A stretch of 64,000 bases of DNA, taken from assembly GCA_036172245.1 (NCBI GenBank), contig JAYWIR010000061.1, positions 248,001-312,000 of the forward strand, read 5' to 3'. The stretch's first letter is position 1. Every line of letters begins with the position of its first letter. The position numbers and the translations under genes were made by a program. This stretch comes from Raillietiella orientalis (Eukaryota). The notes under the pieces were generated by a model, which saw only the letters and a list, made by a program, of their open reading frames with translations, searched no databases and was not told the origin of the DNA. Below, one piece after another: positions 11,900-26,149 of this stretch.

Positions 11900-13400
11900 C
11901 GGGAACTCCCTGAAGTTTCGCTCCCCCCGTCAGCATGGAGAGAAACGTTCCCCTGGAGACGCCGTCGCTCGGACTCTCCGCGGGAAGGGGAGTGCCGTTC
12001 GCTCGCACCACGAAGGGGGCGTGGCACGGCAGCAGAAGACGGGCACCCCGGGAGACGGACTGCCTTCTTCGTGCGGCGGCGGGCAACCCGCCCATCGAAA
12101 CGTCAGTAGGATTTCGGATCGGAAACGCGCGCGCGCGGTGGGACGCGGTCAAGGAGACTCTGCCATTCCAGAGCGGTGGCGGTCGCGGGACACGTCGACA
12201 AAGGGCGGAGAAAGAACAGGAAGGAATGGGAGGGGGCAACGAAAGGGTGCTTTAGGAGATACGCGTCAGCCGTGCGGGATCGCTGCCGATCACTCCTTCC
12301 CTTCCCCCAAGTTTCCTACTACCCAACGGAGCTGGACGGGAGCGATTGCTCAGTCCACTACGTGGAACTGACGCCAGCAACTGCTGCGCCCCTCTCCTCA
12401 AGGGACATCCCACCGACCTCGAGAGAGTCGCAGCGACCCATCTCGCGACCTGAAGCCCCCGGGGCAGAACACGCCCCGGAAGACACCTTTGTGCCCCGAT
12501 GAAGACCAGGAGCTGCCATACTGACGTCGGCGGCGCTCGGGAACGACAGTAGCGCCCAGAAGAAGGGAAGAGGAAGCTCGCGGGCTGGGTCGCTGGAATG
12601 CAGGAAGCCTCCTGGAGTTCAGCGGAGGATTTTCAAGGAAGGGGTCGGAACGCCGTGGGCCTGGGAGACGCGAGGAGGAAGTACCCGATTTTTCCCTGCG
12701 CCAGGACACTGGAGAAGCATACGACAGGGTGGCCACTGGGTGACGGAAGGGCGAAAGGCACGCGGGATGGCGGCAGCCGAACCCGGAGGCGGAGGAAACC
12801 CTCCAGGAGTGCACTGGCAGCGACTTCGCCCGTCCGAGATGGGTGCCCCGCTCCTCGCGATGATGATCTTCGATCCCGTTACCAAGGTGGCGGGTTGCCG
12901 TCTTGGTAAAGGGCAAGCGGACCCGCCCGTGGATGCCCAGGGAGGCGCGCGCACCTTTCCGGAAGAACCGCGTGAGGCCCCCCTGGCAAAGCGCGTGGAT
13001 GTCGGCAGTACCCTCGCTCGTCCTTGCCGGCATCCCGGACCAGGAGATACCCAGGGAGGCGCCAGGAGGGCGCGTCGACCTCCCCGGCCAATCCGGAAGT
13101 GGATCCAGGCAGCGGCTTGCCAAGGGAGGCATGGAGATGCCCGGAAGAGTCCCGGAAAAGAAACTGCCGCTTCCCGCGCAACCCGAAGCGGAAGGCGGGG
13201 GGGAAGGGGGCGAGGCGCTGTCGCCAAGCGAACGGACCTGCCTGCGGGCGGAGGAGTCCATGGGTTCCCCTCCTCCCTGCTGGCGGTATCGACCCAGAGG
13301 GCGGGGCTCACCCGCTGCAGACGTCACTGCTGCCACCGGGAGTATCTCCTCCCTCAGCACTTCTCCGTACGTCACGCGGTGGCCAGAGCCACCTGGAAAC
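11900..13400 (+). mobile_element. L1/Tx1-type retrotransposon ORF2 relic (RT core)
   Basis: QDTGEAYDRV (cf. DxEKAxDRV, 12702-12731), VRDGCP then PLLAMMIFDP (cf. VRQGCPLSPLLF..EP), KRVDV (degenerate YADD). Nucleotide-homologous to about 15700-16250. Confidence 0.6.
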
Positions 13401-14399
13401 CACACGCAAGTCCACGCGTGTAGGCGGGGAGACTCCCACCCACCCGCCCACCCACCTCGCCCCTGGCAACCGACTCACCCCGGCTAAGAGCATCCGGCAC
13501 GTCGGGCAGAGCGGCGTAGGGGCGACGACGCCTACAGAGCGCGTCCGACCGACGGGCAGGCAGGCGGGAGAAGACGCGCGGGAGTCTCTCGCAAGCGCGC
13601 GCGCGGCTAGGGCGCCGCCGCCGCCGCGCAGGCGCGCCGCGGATCAGCCGACCCCGGAGGCGCCTGCGTGGGGAGCGCGCGCGCCAGAGCCTTTATGACT
13701 CCTCCCCCGCGGGACCCGACGCGAGGCACCATTCCCCACTCCCGCCGCCGGTCCCCGGAACGCAGAAAAGCCTCCCCTCCCCCCTTCTTCTTTAGAGAGG
13801 ATGCGCGGGAGAGACGACGACGCCCCTTTCCAGGTGACGTCACGACGCGTTTAGAGTGCGGTCTGCCTGCCTCCGGGACGGCACTGGCGTCGACCGCGCA
13901 CTGCCCTTGGCACAAAACCTTGTCCTTCCTCCGCCTTGGCTCCGGGACGGAGACAGGAGAACCCCGGGAGAAAGTCGCTCGGGGACGCCCCTCTTCTTCC
14001 TCCTTCGGGAGGGGGACCGAGTGAGCGGGGTGCAGGTCCATCTGAGAGGGGAAAACGCCGCGGTCCTGCTTTTCTCCCCTACCCCTCTTCCCCACGAAAC
14101 GTCGGGAAAGTCGCCGCCGCCAGGAAGAACGAGCCACAGGCGCAAGCACCGCCTTCACACTCTAAAAGACGCGCACGCGGAGCGGTTCCGTTGCCAAGGT
14201 TACACGGAGCGATCTCCGCCGTCCTCCCACCGCATCTCCCCGGCGTAGTGCCGGGACTCGAGTCTCTCCGGAGCACCGTGTCTCCTGGAGAATCCACTGG
14301 CGCCCTCACCGAGTCGCGCTCGGTTCGGCCGGAGGGCACGTGCCTCTCGGAACACGGGTGGAAGGGAGAGGAGACGGGGGGAGAATGAAGAGGACGGCT

Positions 14400-16450
14400 G
14401 CCTGAGGAGCGACGTGAACCGCCCAGCTGGACTGCCGCGGTCCAAATGATGCCCGCATTCCACCGCAGCTGATGCTTCTCTTCCGGATTCTCGGATGCTG
14501 CGCTTTCGAGGGCGCGTGGGTGGGGGGTGAGATCGGAAAGAGGAAGGGGAAAAAGGGGGAGGGGAAGGAAGGAGGAGGCACGCCCGACCTCAAAGAGCGC
14601 TACTGGCGTTTCGGAGACGCGCCCGGTCCCACCGCCTGGCAACGCGCCGCTCCCTCCCTGGGTCTACCTCGAGCCAGCGCCCGAGGCTTCCCGCCCGCAC
14701 AATGCGTGAGAAAGGGAGGACCTTGCCGAAAAAGAAGGCCAAGACCCGGGGCCACCTGTCCCGCTGGGGGGCGCGCGCGAGTGCTACCGCCGTGCCGCGC
14801 TGCGGGTGCGCCACTCCACCAGCCCGGGTAAAGTGGGGGGAGAGGAGGGTAACGGGCTGGAGGAATACGGCGTCCCGTCAGAAAGCGTCAAGTGCCGAAG
14901 CTCCCTTGGCGAACGAGAGCGCCGGCCGCCACCTTTCCGGACCCGCCCCGGACGGAGGAGACTATTTTTTTCGAGGAACGGAAGTGGCGCATCTTCGCGC
15001 GGAGGGCACACCGGATCGTCAGGGAATAGGGACTCTTTCCTCCCCTTCCGCCATCGAGGCCGTCCCGTCGTCGGTTGCCGAGCGACTGGAGGGAAGTCGC
15101 GTGCGAAGAGCCTGCAGGCACGCAACGGGCGTCTTCCCGGGCTCCGCGGCATGCCTTCTCGCCGGTTGCCGCGAACACGGTGCCATCCAATAGCTGGTGC
15201 CGCCGCTTCATTGCGCTCGCCCGTCCCGCGGAAGGCGAGCGGCGCAGAAGTGCAGGCAGGGCCGCCGGCGGGCAGGAAAAGGAGGAGCAGGAAAACGGCG
15301 CAGGAAGTTGCGACAGCTGCTGCTTCCCCGCAGGTCGCTGCGCGGGAGCGCCCATAGCGGGCGCACACGGGAGGCTAACTGGGCCTTCGGAATCCCGAAG
15401 AAGCGAGCCCTGGACGAATCCCGTTTCCGAGGGATCCGAAACCACCCTAGGAAGCCTGAAGGGCTCCGCATGGCAGCCGCTTCGCAGGTGCCACACCCAC
15501 CATAAGTAACCAGCCTCCTGAACGGGGCTCGTGCGCCGCCACCCCCGAAAAGGCGGAGGCGGATGGGTTTGGGTCACCGAAAAACGGACCAGGAACGGTG
15601 CGAGCCAAAAGGTTCGCCGGCGGCACATCAGGAAGAAGCGATGGCCTTGCAGGCGCGCGTCCGAGGGAGAAGTCGGGGACAACCCGCGAAGCGTCCAAGG
15701 TCGCTCCGACGCGGAAGAACCCCAAGCTCAGCGAAGGGCTTTCAAAGAAGGAATCGGAACGCTACGGGCCCGGGAGACCACGAGGGGGAGGGACCCGATT
15801 TTTCCCTGAGCCAGGACGCTGAAAGAGCATGCGGCAGGGCGGCGACTAGGTGACGGACAGACGAAAGGCATGAGGTATGGCGACAGTCGAGCCCGGAGGC
15901 GACTCCCGGAAGATGTCCTCCAGAAACGTGATGGCAGCGGCTTCGCCCGTCCGCGATGTGCGCCCCGCTCCTCGCGATGATCCCCTTCGACCCCGTTACC
16001 AAGGTGGTGGATCGCCGTCTTGGAAACGGGGAGGCGGACGCTCTTGTAGCCGCCAGATGCCTGGGGAGGCGGACGCTCTTGTAGCCGCCAGATGCCTGGG
16101 GAGGCGCGCGCGCCTTTCCGGATGAATCGCGTTAGGGCAAGGGAGGGGGTCTCCCTTGGCAATGTGCATCGACGTCGGCAGCGCCCTTGCTCGTATCTGC
16201 CGGCTTCCCGGCCCGGGGAACGCTCGGGGCGGCGCCGGGAGGGAGCGCCGACGGGAGAGCTGGAGGCTGGAGAAGAGCGGTCGATCGGGATGGCGGAAAA
16301 GAAATCCCAAACGAAGGAAGGAGGAACCAAGAAAGCGAGACAGGGACGGCGGAACGGAGTACCTTCGACCCTGGCGCTTCGGCAGGGTCGAAGGCTCTCT
16401 CCTCCGGTCGATCTTCACGCGCGTCCCCAGCGCAGCCTCTCCCGAAGGAG
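14400..16450 (+). mobile_element. L1/Tx1-type retrotransposon ORF2 relic (APE endonuclease plus RT core), sister of 11900-13400
   Basis: DLKERYWRFGDAPGPTAW...WVYL (cf. APE DxWR..P..TW...DRIY, about 14586-14670), QDAERACGRA, and clear DNA similarity to 12600-13100 (acccgatttttccctg, ccccgctcctcgcgatgat, cccgttaccaaggtgg). Confidence 0.6.
16028..16106. repeat. Exact 35-bp tandem duplication inside the retroelement relic
   Basis: ggggaggcggacgctcttgtagccgccagatgcct x2 plus a partial third copy; single-copy in the sister relic. Confidence 0.95.
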
Positions 16451-16949
16451 CGAGGGAGATAAGAGCTCCTCAACATCAAAAAAAGAAAAAGGGCCGGGAT
16501 GGAAGGCGTAGAGACGGACGAATCAGCTGCGGTGCATGGAGACGTCGGGCTCGCTCGCGGGTCTCTGCGGGAGTTCCGTGCGCGTTCGCTCAGAATTTAC
16601 CCCGGCGGGATGGCGGGGACGAGCGGGGCATCGAGGGAGGAACCTCCCGAGACACGAAAAGCTGCGCCCGACAGGGCATGTGAGATCAGAATCCACGAAC
16701 GTGACTTTTGCTTGGCCAGGAAGTAAGTGGCTGCTTCCGAGGCGGATCAATGGCACGACTCGGTTTCCATGCCGACCGTGGACTTCCCCACCCCGCCTCC
16801 TCCTTCCTTTTTCGGGTTTTCCGCCTGGGCTCAGCAGCATCCATCCACGGACGGAGAGGCGGTCCGACGATGGGGAACGCGCGGGCCAGGATCTTTCGCA
16901 TCGCCTTGGCAACGCACCGACTCAGCACACGCAAACCACGGCAGGCAGA

Positions 16950-17900
16950 TCCCTACCCCTACAACCAAGCTCAGTGATGCTTCCGCGTTCTCCCTTCGCT
17001 CCAGGGCGACGCGAGCTCCATGGGAACACGTGCTGACCACTTTGCTCGCAAACTGTGGCATTCCACAGATGCGGCAACAAGGGAACACGTGCTTCTTCCG
17101 CAGTGGAAGGGAGGAAACAGGAGGAGGAAGACGACGGAACAGCGACCCATCCATCATCCCCTTTTCCTCTTCAGGACATCAGTTGATGCGATCACCGTCA
17201 GCTCCTGGTGCGATGACGCCGACGTTCTGCAACAGCTCCAAAGACGCGCGCGAGCCAGCTCTTTCACGGACCACTTCGATCTTCGCCATTTTCCCCGTCC
17301 TGCCCGCATGAAGTCGCAGAACCGTTTCTTGAAATCCTTCACCTACATCCGCATCAGCTGCTGGCGGTTTCCCTTAAGAGTGGTTGCTCCGGGCGATTCA
17401 TTCATCGGCAGCATGCCCCAACCTACGAATCCAATACGCTGGGGGCGGACCATGTAAAGCAACCCGCCTCCAGTCAAGCCACGTCTTGTCGCAAAGCCGG
17501 ATGTGAGGCTTGAGATGCAACTGCCGCCGTATTGGATGTTGCAGGCAACCATAAGGCGCTTCATCTTGCTGAGGTGTGGGCACGGAATCTCCATTCTACC
17601 GTACCACCTCTTCATTCTGGTATCATAGCACCCCAGGGGGCCAACTTTTAGGACTCTGAAGGACGCATGAACATCCGTCGTCAACAAGGAGACGGCGATG
17701 TCCTGAAGGTTTCGTATGGACCGGTTGAAGCAACAGACTGCCAGGGATCCGGTCAACACAAGACCTCGTGGCATCGTCCAATATTCAACAAAGCAAAGGC
17801 ATCATACCCACTGTGTTCTCCAGCCAGGTTACCCTCCAAACGAAGGAGCACAGACCTACGATTTGCCAGAAGGCCACCACCAGCTCTCGAATCTACTCAA
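16950..17900 (+). mobile_element. Non-LTR retrotransposon RT relic (Jockey/I/R1-like)
   Basis: PWEHVLTTLLANCGIP (cf. HxxLxxxLxxxGxP after KAFD) and HHPLFLFRTSVDAITVSSWCDD (cf. PLLF...xADD). May extend to about 19530. Confidence 0.4.
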
Positions 17901-19649
17901 CGTCAGAAACTAGGGCACGCGAGTTTGGCCCAATGGCCCCGCGTCCAGCCGAGGTTGTAGTCCCAGCTCTTTTCGATGCGTGCCACACGGTGGAGAAAAA
18001 GCCATCCCGTTCAGATGGCGGCGCAGAATCTAGGCGAAACGAGGTGGTCGCAGTCTGGCCGGACGAAAAGAAGGAAAAGCGGAAGAAATTGCGACAACGC
18101 GACTCGGTTTCGGATGGCACCTTCCTATCACGTCTGCATGCAGGAGCGGAAAGACAAGTTCCGTCTCCTGTGCTGCGCGCACAACAGAAGCTTGCAGCAG
18201 CACGCGTGGCTAGAAAGAGGTCCCGGAAATGCGTTCTTCGAGTGCAACCTGACGTTTCTCATCCCCCTCTCCTCCTCCTCCTTCCCTTTCCCCCCTCTTT
18301 CGTCGGTTTTCAACTGAGCGCAACGACGCACGTCCTTGGTGGGATATTGCTTTCTTCTGCCTTGCGCACCCACGGTGCCCTGTCGTGCGCTGCTGTGTGT
18401 GCAAAGGTGCCGACACGGACAAAGGCGCAGACGGATCTGAGAGCGAACGCTCAAGGAAGGAGTTGGAAAGAGCGAACCGCTCACCGATGGAACACGTTGC
18501 AGAATAACAACGGACGGAGACGGGTGGTCGCGAGACGCACGCACTCACGAACCGTTGGGAGCACAACGCCCACAGTATGGAAACCACTTGGGCAGAGCAC
18601 AAGCAGGCTGCGCCCAGGGCAGACTACCCTCTTCATTGGATTTGCACCCCTTGGCCCGCTAGCCGAGGCGCTTGGTTGGTCACTGCCACGGACTCCAAGC
18701 TGCGCGAGCGCTGCTGTCTATTCACTGGACCTCGGAGCACAGCACCCTTGACAAATGAAGAACCGAGGATTACGGCCCTCGTCTCTGCACTCTCTTGAGA
18801 GATGGCGACACCCCTACTCCCAAGGTACGACACGGAGGATCCCCTCCGAAGAGGTGTCCGCTCCTTCGCACAACCGGAGGGAAACTCCCGCTTCTTGATT
18901 CCTGGGAGGACCCGGAGGTCGACTCGCATTCCCGACCGAATGAAGCAGGGGAAAAACGCACCCGACCTTGGAACGGTCCCGGGCGTTCCTGCTTTAGGGA
19001 GGACTTTCTTGGATTCGGAATGGGAACGAAGAAGAAACCACCCTCTAAAAAGCAGAGACGTCGCCAGGAGAAAACTCAGTGCGAGGGACCCCGGAGCGCC
19101 TTGAGGAAGGCGAGGGAGCTCCACGTCTGTCAGGAGAGACGGAGCAGCAATTCGAAGGAGAGGAAAATGAGACACGAGAAAGAAAAAGATTCCGTCGCTC
19201 GCAAACAGCAACATTGGAAACAGTGGGAGGCCCTCCAGTATTCTGAACAGAAGATGAAGCACTCCGGCAAGCAGGTGCCTTGGGACAGCGACAAATGAGA
19301 CCGAACACGAGGTCACTGGAAAACCGGCACAGGCACCTGGAAGGAGGCCCAACTTCTGCGTGACCAAATCTCCCAAGTTCCCACCAGCAACTGGATAGCT
19401 GCAGCAGCCACAGAAAGTCCTACGAGTACTCCTGTCGTTCGAGACCTGCGGGGAAGCCAGCATCGACGGAATGGCCAGAAAGGTAACTACACTCCTCCTA
19501 ACCCTCTCCAAAATGATAACAATTAACTAATGAAATAATAATGACGGAAAAAAAAGGAAGAAGGATCGAAGCTCGTCCGAAGAGAAGAGCTCTTCGAATG
19601 CGTTACGAGAGGATAACCCGATTCCTTTTTCTCATGGAAGAACCGAGAT

Positions 19650-20150
19650 CTTCCAAGCACGACTCGAAAAGAGCGTGGAAAAAGGCGAGCTGTCTGTTAC
19701 ATGCGACCGGCTGTTACATTATATACCTATGGATACGGGAAGGTTGGAATGAGGCTGCGCGAGCAAGAAGGACGTCGCACAGGGAACAGCCTCTTTCGAA
19801 GTTTCCTTGCTCTGTGATATGCGAGCCTTCTGAAACACCCGAAAGGGTGAGGTCGCCCGGACTGATGCTGGTCTGCCGTTGGTGACAGAACAGACCAACG
19901 GCAGACCCCGCTTCGGTCTGGCCGACGGACCAGAGCAGGCCACCGGTACCTGAACGCGCACACGATTCGACCCATTTTGAACAGGGAGAAGGGGGAGGGG
20001 GAAGGGGTCCCTCTTGCTTCAGCATTGCGGTCGCCGGCAAAGCCTGCCAAGACCTCTGAATGTGGAACTCGTTTCGTCTTTCGTTTCATCCTCCAGCACA
20101 ACAGCAACTCTGGGAGGCGACGTCGCCAGAAGTGAAGCTGAGAAAAACTG
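19650..20150 (+). mobile_element. Possible hAT (Ac/ZBED-like) transposase relic
   Basis: ELSVTCDRLLHYIPMD (cf. xxTxDxW...HYxD), LVTEQTN (cf. VTDNAxN), CGTRF (cf. TRW). Confidence 0.3.
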
Positions 20151-20549
20151 GCAAGCTGCCAGCGAAGGAGCCCACGCGGCCGTGCAGGGAAACTGCGCCC
20201 ACGTTTCGGAAACTCGGATGAATGCGACGGCGTGTACCTAACTTCTGAGAGCATACATCAGACAGCTGATCGGGAAGACACGCACCGCGCGGGAAGGAAC
20301 TGGCGGGCTGGATCCAGGAGGCAAAACCGAACGGAAACTCTCGGTGAAGGATGAAACGGAGTCGTGGGAGCCCATCCGGCATCCCGGCAGCAGGAAGCAA
20401 CAGCAGCAAGGGAGGCTGCGAACCAGCTAAGACTGTGGACTGACGTCACGAGGCCGCGTGTGACGAAGCAGGTGGTCTACGCTGCTCAATGAAAGGGATG
20501 CAAGCAAACACGCTGATTAACGTATCGAGTGCGGCACGCCACGAGCGCC

Positions 20550-23250
20550 TCGGCATCCATGGTGATTCATTCAGACGCACGCACGTCTGTTCGGTGCTCG
20601 TGAAAAGGTGAAGACTGAAAGCAGCGCGCGAACGCGGCCAAGGCAACCGAGTGCGGCACATGGAGCCACTTCGCAAAGCACGCCGTCAGCAGGGTTCGGA
20701 TCTGATAATTCAATCTGAAGCACCCGGCCTTCGTAACCTCCCTAAAGCACACCATGAGATGTATGCAGTGCTCTCCCGAAATCTGGGTTCGAACCTCTTC
20801 GTATTTGCTCGTATAAATTTACGTCTGTAGCCTCGGAACATCACCTGGAACCCTGATGTGCGCTCGAATCCTCGACTGGACCTTACATCTCGTACTATTC
20901 TTAAAAGATCCATAATGCTGGTCCGGACAGAGAGAACACGGTCGAACAGTTAGCACAGAACTTGTAGCTGGACGTGAAAGAAGAGCGCAGAGGAATCTTG
21001 AATGAGGCAGGAAGCCAAGGAGCCAAAAAAAAAAAAAACAACCACATGAAGTGAGATTACCACGGAAGATGGACTGAAAGCAACAGACTGTCTAAGGATC
21101 CGGTCCAACACAAGAGAAGCCTCCACGAGGTATGAATTCACATGTTAACGTTTCGTACGGACCTCCTGCGCTCCGAAAATTTTTGCTGCCGCAGGAAACT
21201 TGCATACTGTGCAGAGGAGGGACCTTGGCGTTGGGCTTCTCACCTCAAAGGAAAAATTCGAGGGAACAATCCGGGTCAAGATGGTCGCAACGGCCTTTGA
21301 CTTCGCTGCACGCTTGCAGTCTCTCGTTGCTGCCCAACCGCCTGTGACCTTAAGGTCGGAAGAGGTAAAAAAGGGCGCGAAAACTTTCATGCAGGATTGG
21401 AAAATTCGTACTTGGTGACGTGTCCCTTAGCAATTAGGTTTCCGGTGCAAGAAACAGACCGCTCCCGAACAGATCATCCGTGCAGAGAGAACGAGCGGCC
21501 GCAAAACGCTGGACCGCTCTCGCACCCGGAAGGTTTTCGATTCTGTCGCAAGGCACTTCCGGCTGCCCAAGTACTTTGTGGCAACGAAGGCGCGTATTCC
21601 CGCTGGAGTGAGAATGGGCGGATGAGTTCGCTCTCCTGAATTCACCTGATGTTGCATTCGTTTGGCTGCTGGGCTTCATCCGAAAAGCCATCAACCATCC
21701 GATTGCGGGTGATAAACGCGAGGACGGGGTTTCGCAACCGAATGCAATCCGCGATCGGGAAACGCCTTGCCGCTGACTTTCGTTCATCCCAACGGACCAT
21801 TTGGGCAATGCTCTTCAAGATAAGTAAGATAAGTGACGATAAGTCGGTACGTACGTGGATAGTGTATTCGATGTGTACATTGAGCAGGTCGTGCTGGAGC
21901 TCGGCAGCATGTTAGCCTGCAGTCTCTTGCTCCATTCACGAGAGCCGCACGTCTGCATGGTATAGTTCGCGTGCCGACGGCGCCATGGGTACGCGCTTCG
22001 CGTGATCCCATTCGGTCCCTTAAGTGCGCGTGCGAGGAAGTGCGAAATACAGCCGCACGGAGGTGTACAAGCGCGCGCACCGACGACTCTTCTGGAGGCA
22101 GGAGGGAGCTTTGAACGAATTCCGGGTTTCCGGAAGATGGCGACGGAACCATCGAGAGCAGCACGAAAAAGGGAACCGCAGACGCTGCTTTTCGTTCCAG
22201 GGACCTCGAGTTTTCCAGGGGTCGGAGCTGCTTGCGGAGCATCCAGGGAGCCAGATGGTGTGGAAACAGCAGACAGGAGAACAAAGCCGACGAGGGCAAC
22301 CAACGAAACGACCTCACAGAACCCGCTTTTCGAGTTTTCCGACGGCTTTCCCAGTCATCCACAAATGTTGATCCACCGAGGGTTACCACCACCGGTGAAT
22401 GGGCAGAGAGGCTCCCAACCTTTTTCTCCTTCCCCCCCTCTCTTCGACCACATCCCCCGGAGACCCACCTTCATGTGACTCCTCACCAAGCAAAAAATCT
22501 GTACAGTCTTTGTACTGAGCCTGTCGATCGCGCAGCACCCCAGCGATCCCCTCTTCGTCCACCGCACGTAACCCTGACGTCAACACCCCATACCCCGCGC
22601 CCGCTAAACAGAACGCACTGAACCTCGTCCTCACAACGTGGACACGACCCGTGCAAATAAACCACGGAACCAACCCGAGCGAATGGGTTCCACGCGTCCA
22701 CGCGAGATCGCGGACGCACTTCCCCATCCAGAAAAAAAAGAAAAACACTCAGCTGGCAACGTGGTTCCCCTAACCCCACTGTCACTTCCGCCAACCCGAC
22801 AGTTGAACCCACACCTACAAAATGAAAGCATGGAAGCCATCCTTGCGCCAAGAGGCTTTTAAGGACAGCCTTGCCGTTCACGTGGCCAAAAGAAACACTG
22901 AGAGCTTCTCCTCTGAACAGGAAACCTCCGGTCCTGAAGAGTGTTCCGTCTTGACAACTACACTTACAGATGGAACGGACCGAGGCATCTCCGGCGGAAA
23001 GAGCCGCTGAAAATGCAACTTGCAAACTTCCAAGATGCAACGAAAGATCAGGGGGAGACCTCCCAACTCCCTCGTGGATTATTGCACTTATTGAACTTCC
23101 TTGTTTTGAAATAACTTCGCATTCAATTAAGGTTGTTTCCATGCTTCCAAGGAGTGTTCCTGTGCTTCTGAACATAATGATAAACGCACACATTAAAGCA
23201 ACTAATTCTTGAGTTCAGTCTTCCCTGATATCCCAGTTCCCTCTTTCGGA
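20550..23250 (-). mobile_element. Degenerate THAP + P-element/THAP9-like transposase relic
   Basis: EVCKLHFQR...SVPSV (THAP CxxHF...AVP, about 22960-23035), RWLPSS (cf. LPSxxTL), LTR/DCSLEFF (cf. TR..QDxLENFF, about 21250-21280), AYISW (cf. YIAGY) and WLHVPH (cf. GLxxPS), in collinear order. Confidence 0.4.
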
Positions 23251-24299
23251 TTCTTTTCCAAGATTTACATGCATCTTAGATCTCCTCGTGGGATGAATCG
23301 GGCATGCAATCTGTCTCACTGCACTTCTTTTTTTCTTTTTCTTTTGTTTTCTGGGGGGGCGGAGTAGGCTTGAGATGGTACGACCTGTCGATAAAGTGGA
23401 CGGCCAACCACACGCCTTTCCAGCAAAGAGTTCTTCAGGAAGTAACCGTGGTAGGCACAAACGGACGCCTTTGCGTATCATCACTCTGGTGCCACCCGCA
23501 AACATTTGGGAGTCAAACTTGATGGTGTACGCAGCATCAATACCTATCTACAACGTGCTCCTGAGGAAGATGAATTGAAAGCTGAGGTGGCAACGAGGGA
23601 AAAAGGGAAAAGGAAAAAAACCGCTTCGACGAGGCGTCGTTCGAGTAAAGGAAAGTCGGTGCGGCTCGCCTCGACCGGTGTTCCCTCGCAACCGGATTCT
23701 CGTTGGATGGGGCTCTCTCTCCTCTCTGGCTTGCCCGGAATCGCGCGGTCAGGGAGGGCATGTTGGCCCTCGGAAGCCAAGGAATGCGCGCGTGGGAATT
23801 CATCGGGAACGGTGCGGATGCGAACGATTCACAACCTGGAGGGGGGAAGATGCGATGAGCCACGTCTGCCACGTCGCTCGTCCATAAAGGAACGCAGTTA
23901 CGCATCCACTGATGACAAACAATGAGGACGCCACGTTTTCAGCAGTTGAAGGGAGCAGCAGGTTCGAGCGTCTCTGTGTCCCCACGCTCCAGCAGCGAGC
24001 GCTCGAAGAACAACGTGGGACGATCCTGGAGCTAGTGAATCCTCGAAACGCGAAGGTATAGGAATATTCCCTCCCAACTCCCTCCGAACCCGGAATTTCG
24101 ACGTCACGAACTTCCCAGGCCGCCCCTGACATTGGAAACGGAAGGGCCATGCGCCGCGGTGCCAGCTCAGGCCGGATTCCCTCTCCTTCCGTTCGCCGAC
24201 ATTCCGTGAAAACGGAGGAGGCGCGCCGGGACTTCGAATGTTCCGCGCTCAGGAGGCCACCGACGAGTCCTCCTGAACCACGTGAGCCTCGTTGACTGT

Positions 24300-25250
24300 T
24301 CCCGCCTCGCTGACGGCGCAGGAAAACACGAAGAGGGCGAACTGCAAGAACCCGAACGGCGACGAGGGAAACGAACCGCACGGGATGCCAGGTTGTTTGC
24401 GGCCCGCCCGGGAGGATGCCTTCGGCGGCAGGGCGCAACAGAAAGACAACAAACGTCCCGTCCGAATTCGTGGAGAGGGATCGTCGGGACATCGAAGGGA
24501 TCCTCCCCACGTGGATGCTCGCAGACGCGGCTCGGCCGACGGGCGGCGCACTGGAGCGGCTGCAGAACCCGAGCCGCGGCGGCTGTGCGGGTGAGCGAAA
24601 TGGCCGCCAGGAAGCGGTCCCGTCCCCATCGAACGACTCCGCTCGAACTCCTCCACCCAGCGGGTGGCCTAGCAGCAGGCACAACAGAAAGTTCGCGCGC
24701 CGGGGCCGTGGATAGCCGCTGACGCGAAGCAGCTGCAAGAGCCTCGTCGACCTGCCGGCCTCTTCGTGGCTCATTGCAGGTATTTCACCAACCTATCCGT
24801 GCATACTGTGAGGGCATCGAGGGCGCGCGCGCTGCGGCGACCCGACCTGACCCTCCACGCATCGAGAGAGCATCATCGGCTGCTGGCTCGCGCGCGCGCA
24901 CCGGCATCACCGTTTGGCTGATGCACGGACCACCTACGAACTCTGCACTCCACCCCAGCTTATCTGGGTGATTGTGACATCAACATAGATCATCCTGGAA
25001 AAAATCCCGCTCGTCCGAAGTGTGCTGCAACACTTGCGCATTGCGCTGCCCCGCTTTATCAGCGACAGTAGCAACCTTTGACAAAACCGTGATTGCCGTT
25101 AATAACAAATCATTAAGCAACGGAAGGACCACAAGGTTCCCGCACGCAGGGACCCTTTCTCCGTGCGCAGAAACATCCCCGAGCGAGGGCTTGATGGCCA
25201 CTTTGACCCTCGTGATGAATCCAGGAGAAACACCATCGTTCGAGGTGCGC
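24300..25250 (-). mobile_element. Non-LTR retrotransposon RT (possibly plus RNase H) relic
   Basis: GERVPACGNLVVLPLLNDLL...VATVADK (cf. GVPQG..L.P.LxNDL...xADD), followed downstream by LLRVSGYPR. Confidence 0.4.
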
Positions 25251-26149
25251 TGCTGCTGAGATGAAAGAGAGTCGTCCTCCAGATGCAGAAAGGCATACTC
25301 TGTCCTTCAGAGGCGGCATCCGTCCTCCACACACCTCAGCAGACGGCGGCGACACGTCGTCAAGACGGCAAACACCCCCTACCTACCCCTCCAGCTCAGC
25401 AGTCTGCCGCTGGTAGCTGCTGCTCGCTCGAACTCTGCATCTCCGGCATTCCCACCGCCGCATCACTGCTGGGACACTCGTCGCCGCCTCAGGAAGCACG
25501 GGAGCCCACCCTCTTCGATGTTCTTGCTCTTCTCTTTCACAGCGTCCCACGAGAGGCGAGGAGGGCGAGATGACGAGCACCCCGCAGGGCAGCCGCGGGA
25601 GTCTCTTGAAAAGCACGCTGTCTTGCCTCTTTCCTCCTTCCAAAGCGTGCGTGCTGAGACGCCGCGCACTCCGGGAGGTGTCCACAAAGAGTACACGCCT
25701 CCCCCGCCGTTTACGGATGTGCTCCGCAAAACGGCGGCGGCAAGACGACGCCCCCTCTAAGCAGCGCCACGGACGCTGCGGAGGCCGGCGCGCAGCAGCT
25801 ACCACGCCCATCCCTTACAAATCCGCATACGCATTTCCTGGGCGAGGTGAAGGAAAAGAATCCCGCCTACGCGCACCCCACTTTTGAAAAGGAAGCTCGC
25901 GAACGGTTCTTCGACCGGCCCATTCCATTTCGGGAGACTGTTTACTGAGGATGCTCGGCCGCCGCTGGCCGCCAGTGATCGACACTTGCCACGTCAGCTC
26001 TCGTTTAGGACTGCCCAAGCTTGGTAGAGGGGCCTCTCCCAGCCGGGAGAGCCGAACACACGGTTGCTCTTTTCCTTCTGCTCTTTTCGTCTTATTTTTA
26101 TGTATTTATTTATTTACTGCTCCGTGGAACCTGCTGCCTCCGCGAGGAC

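Noticed and set aside
18633..19511. Hydrophobic 292-aa minus-strand ORF as the missing PDE3 transmembrane exon
   Set aside because: No PDE3 motifs such as RRTSLP; the hydrophobicity comes from the antisense of an A/G-rich tract.
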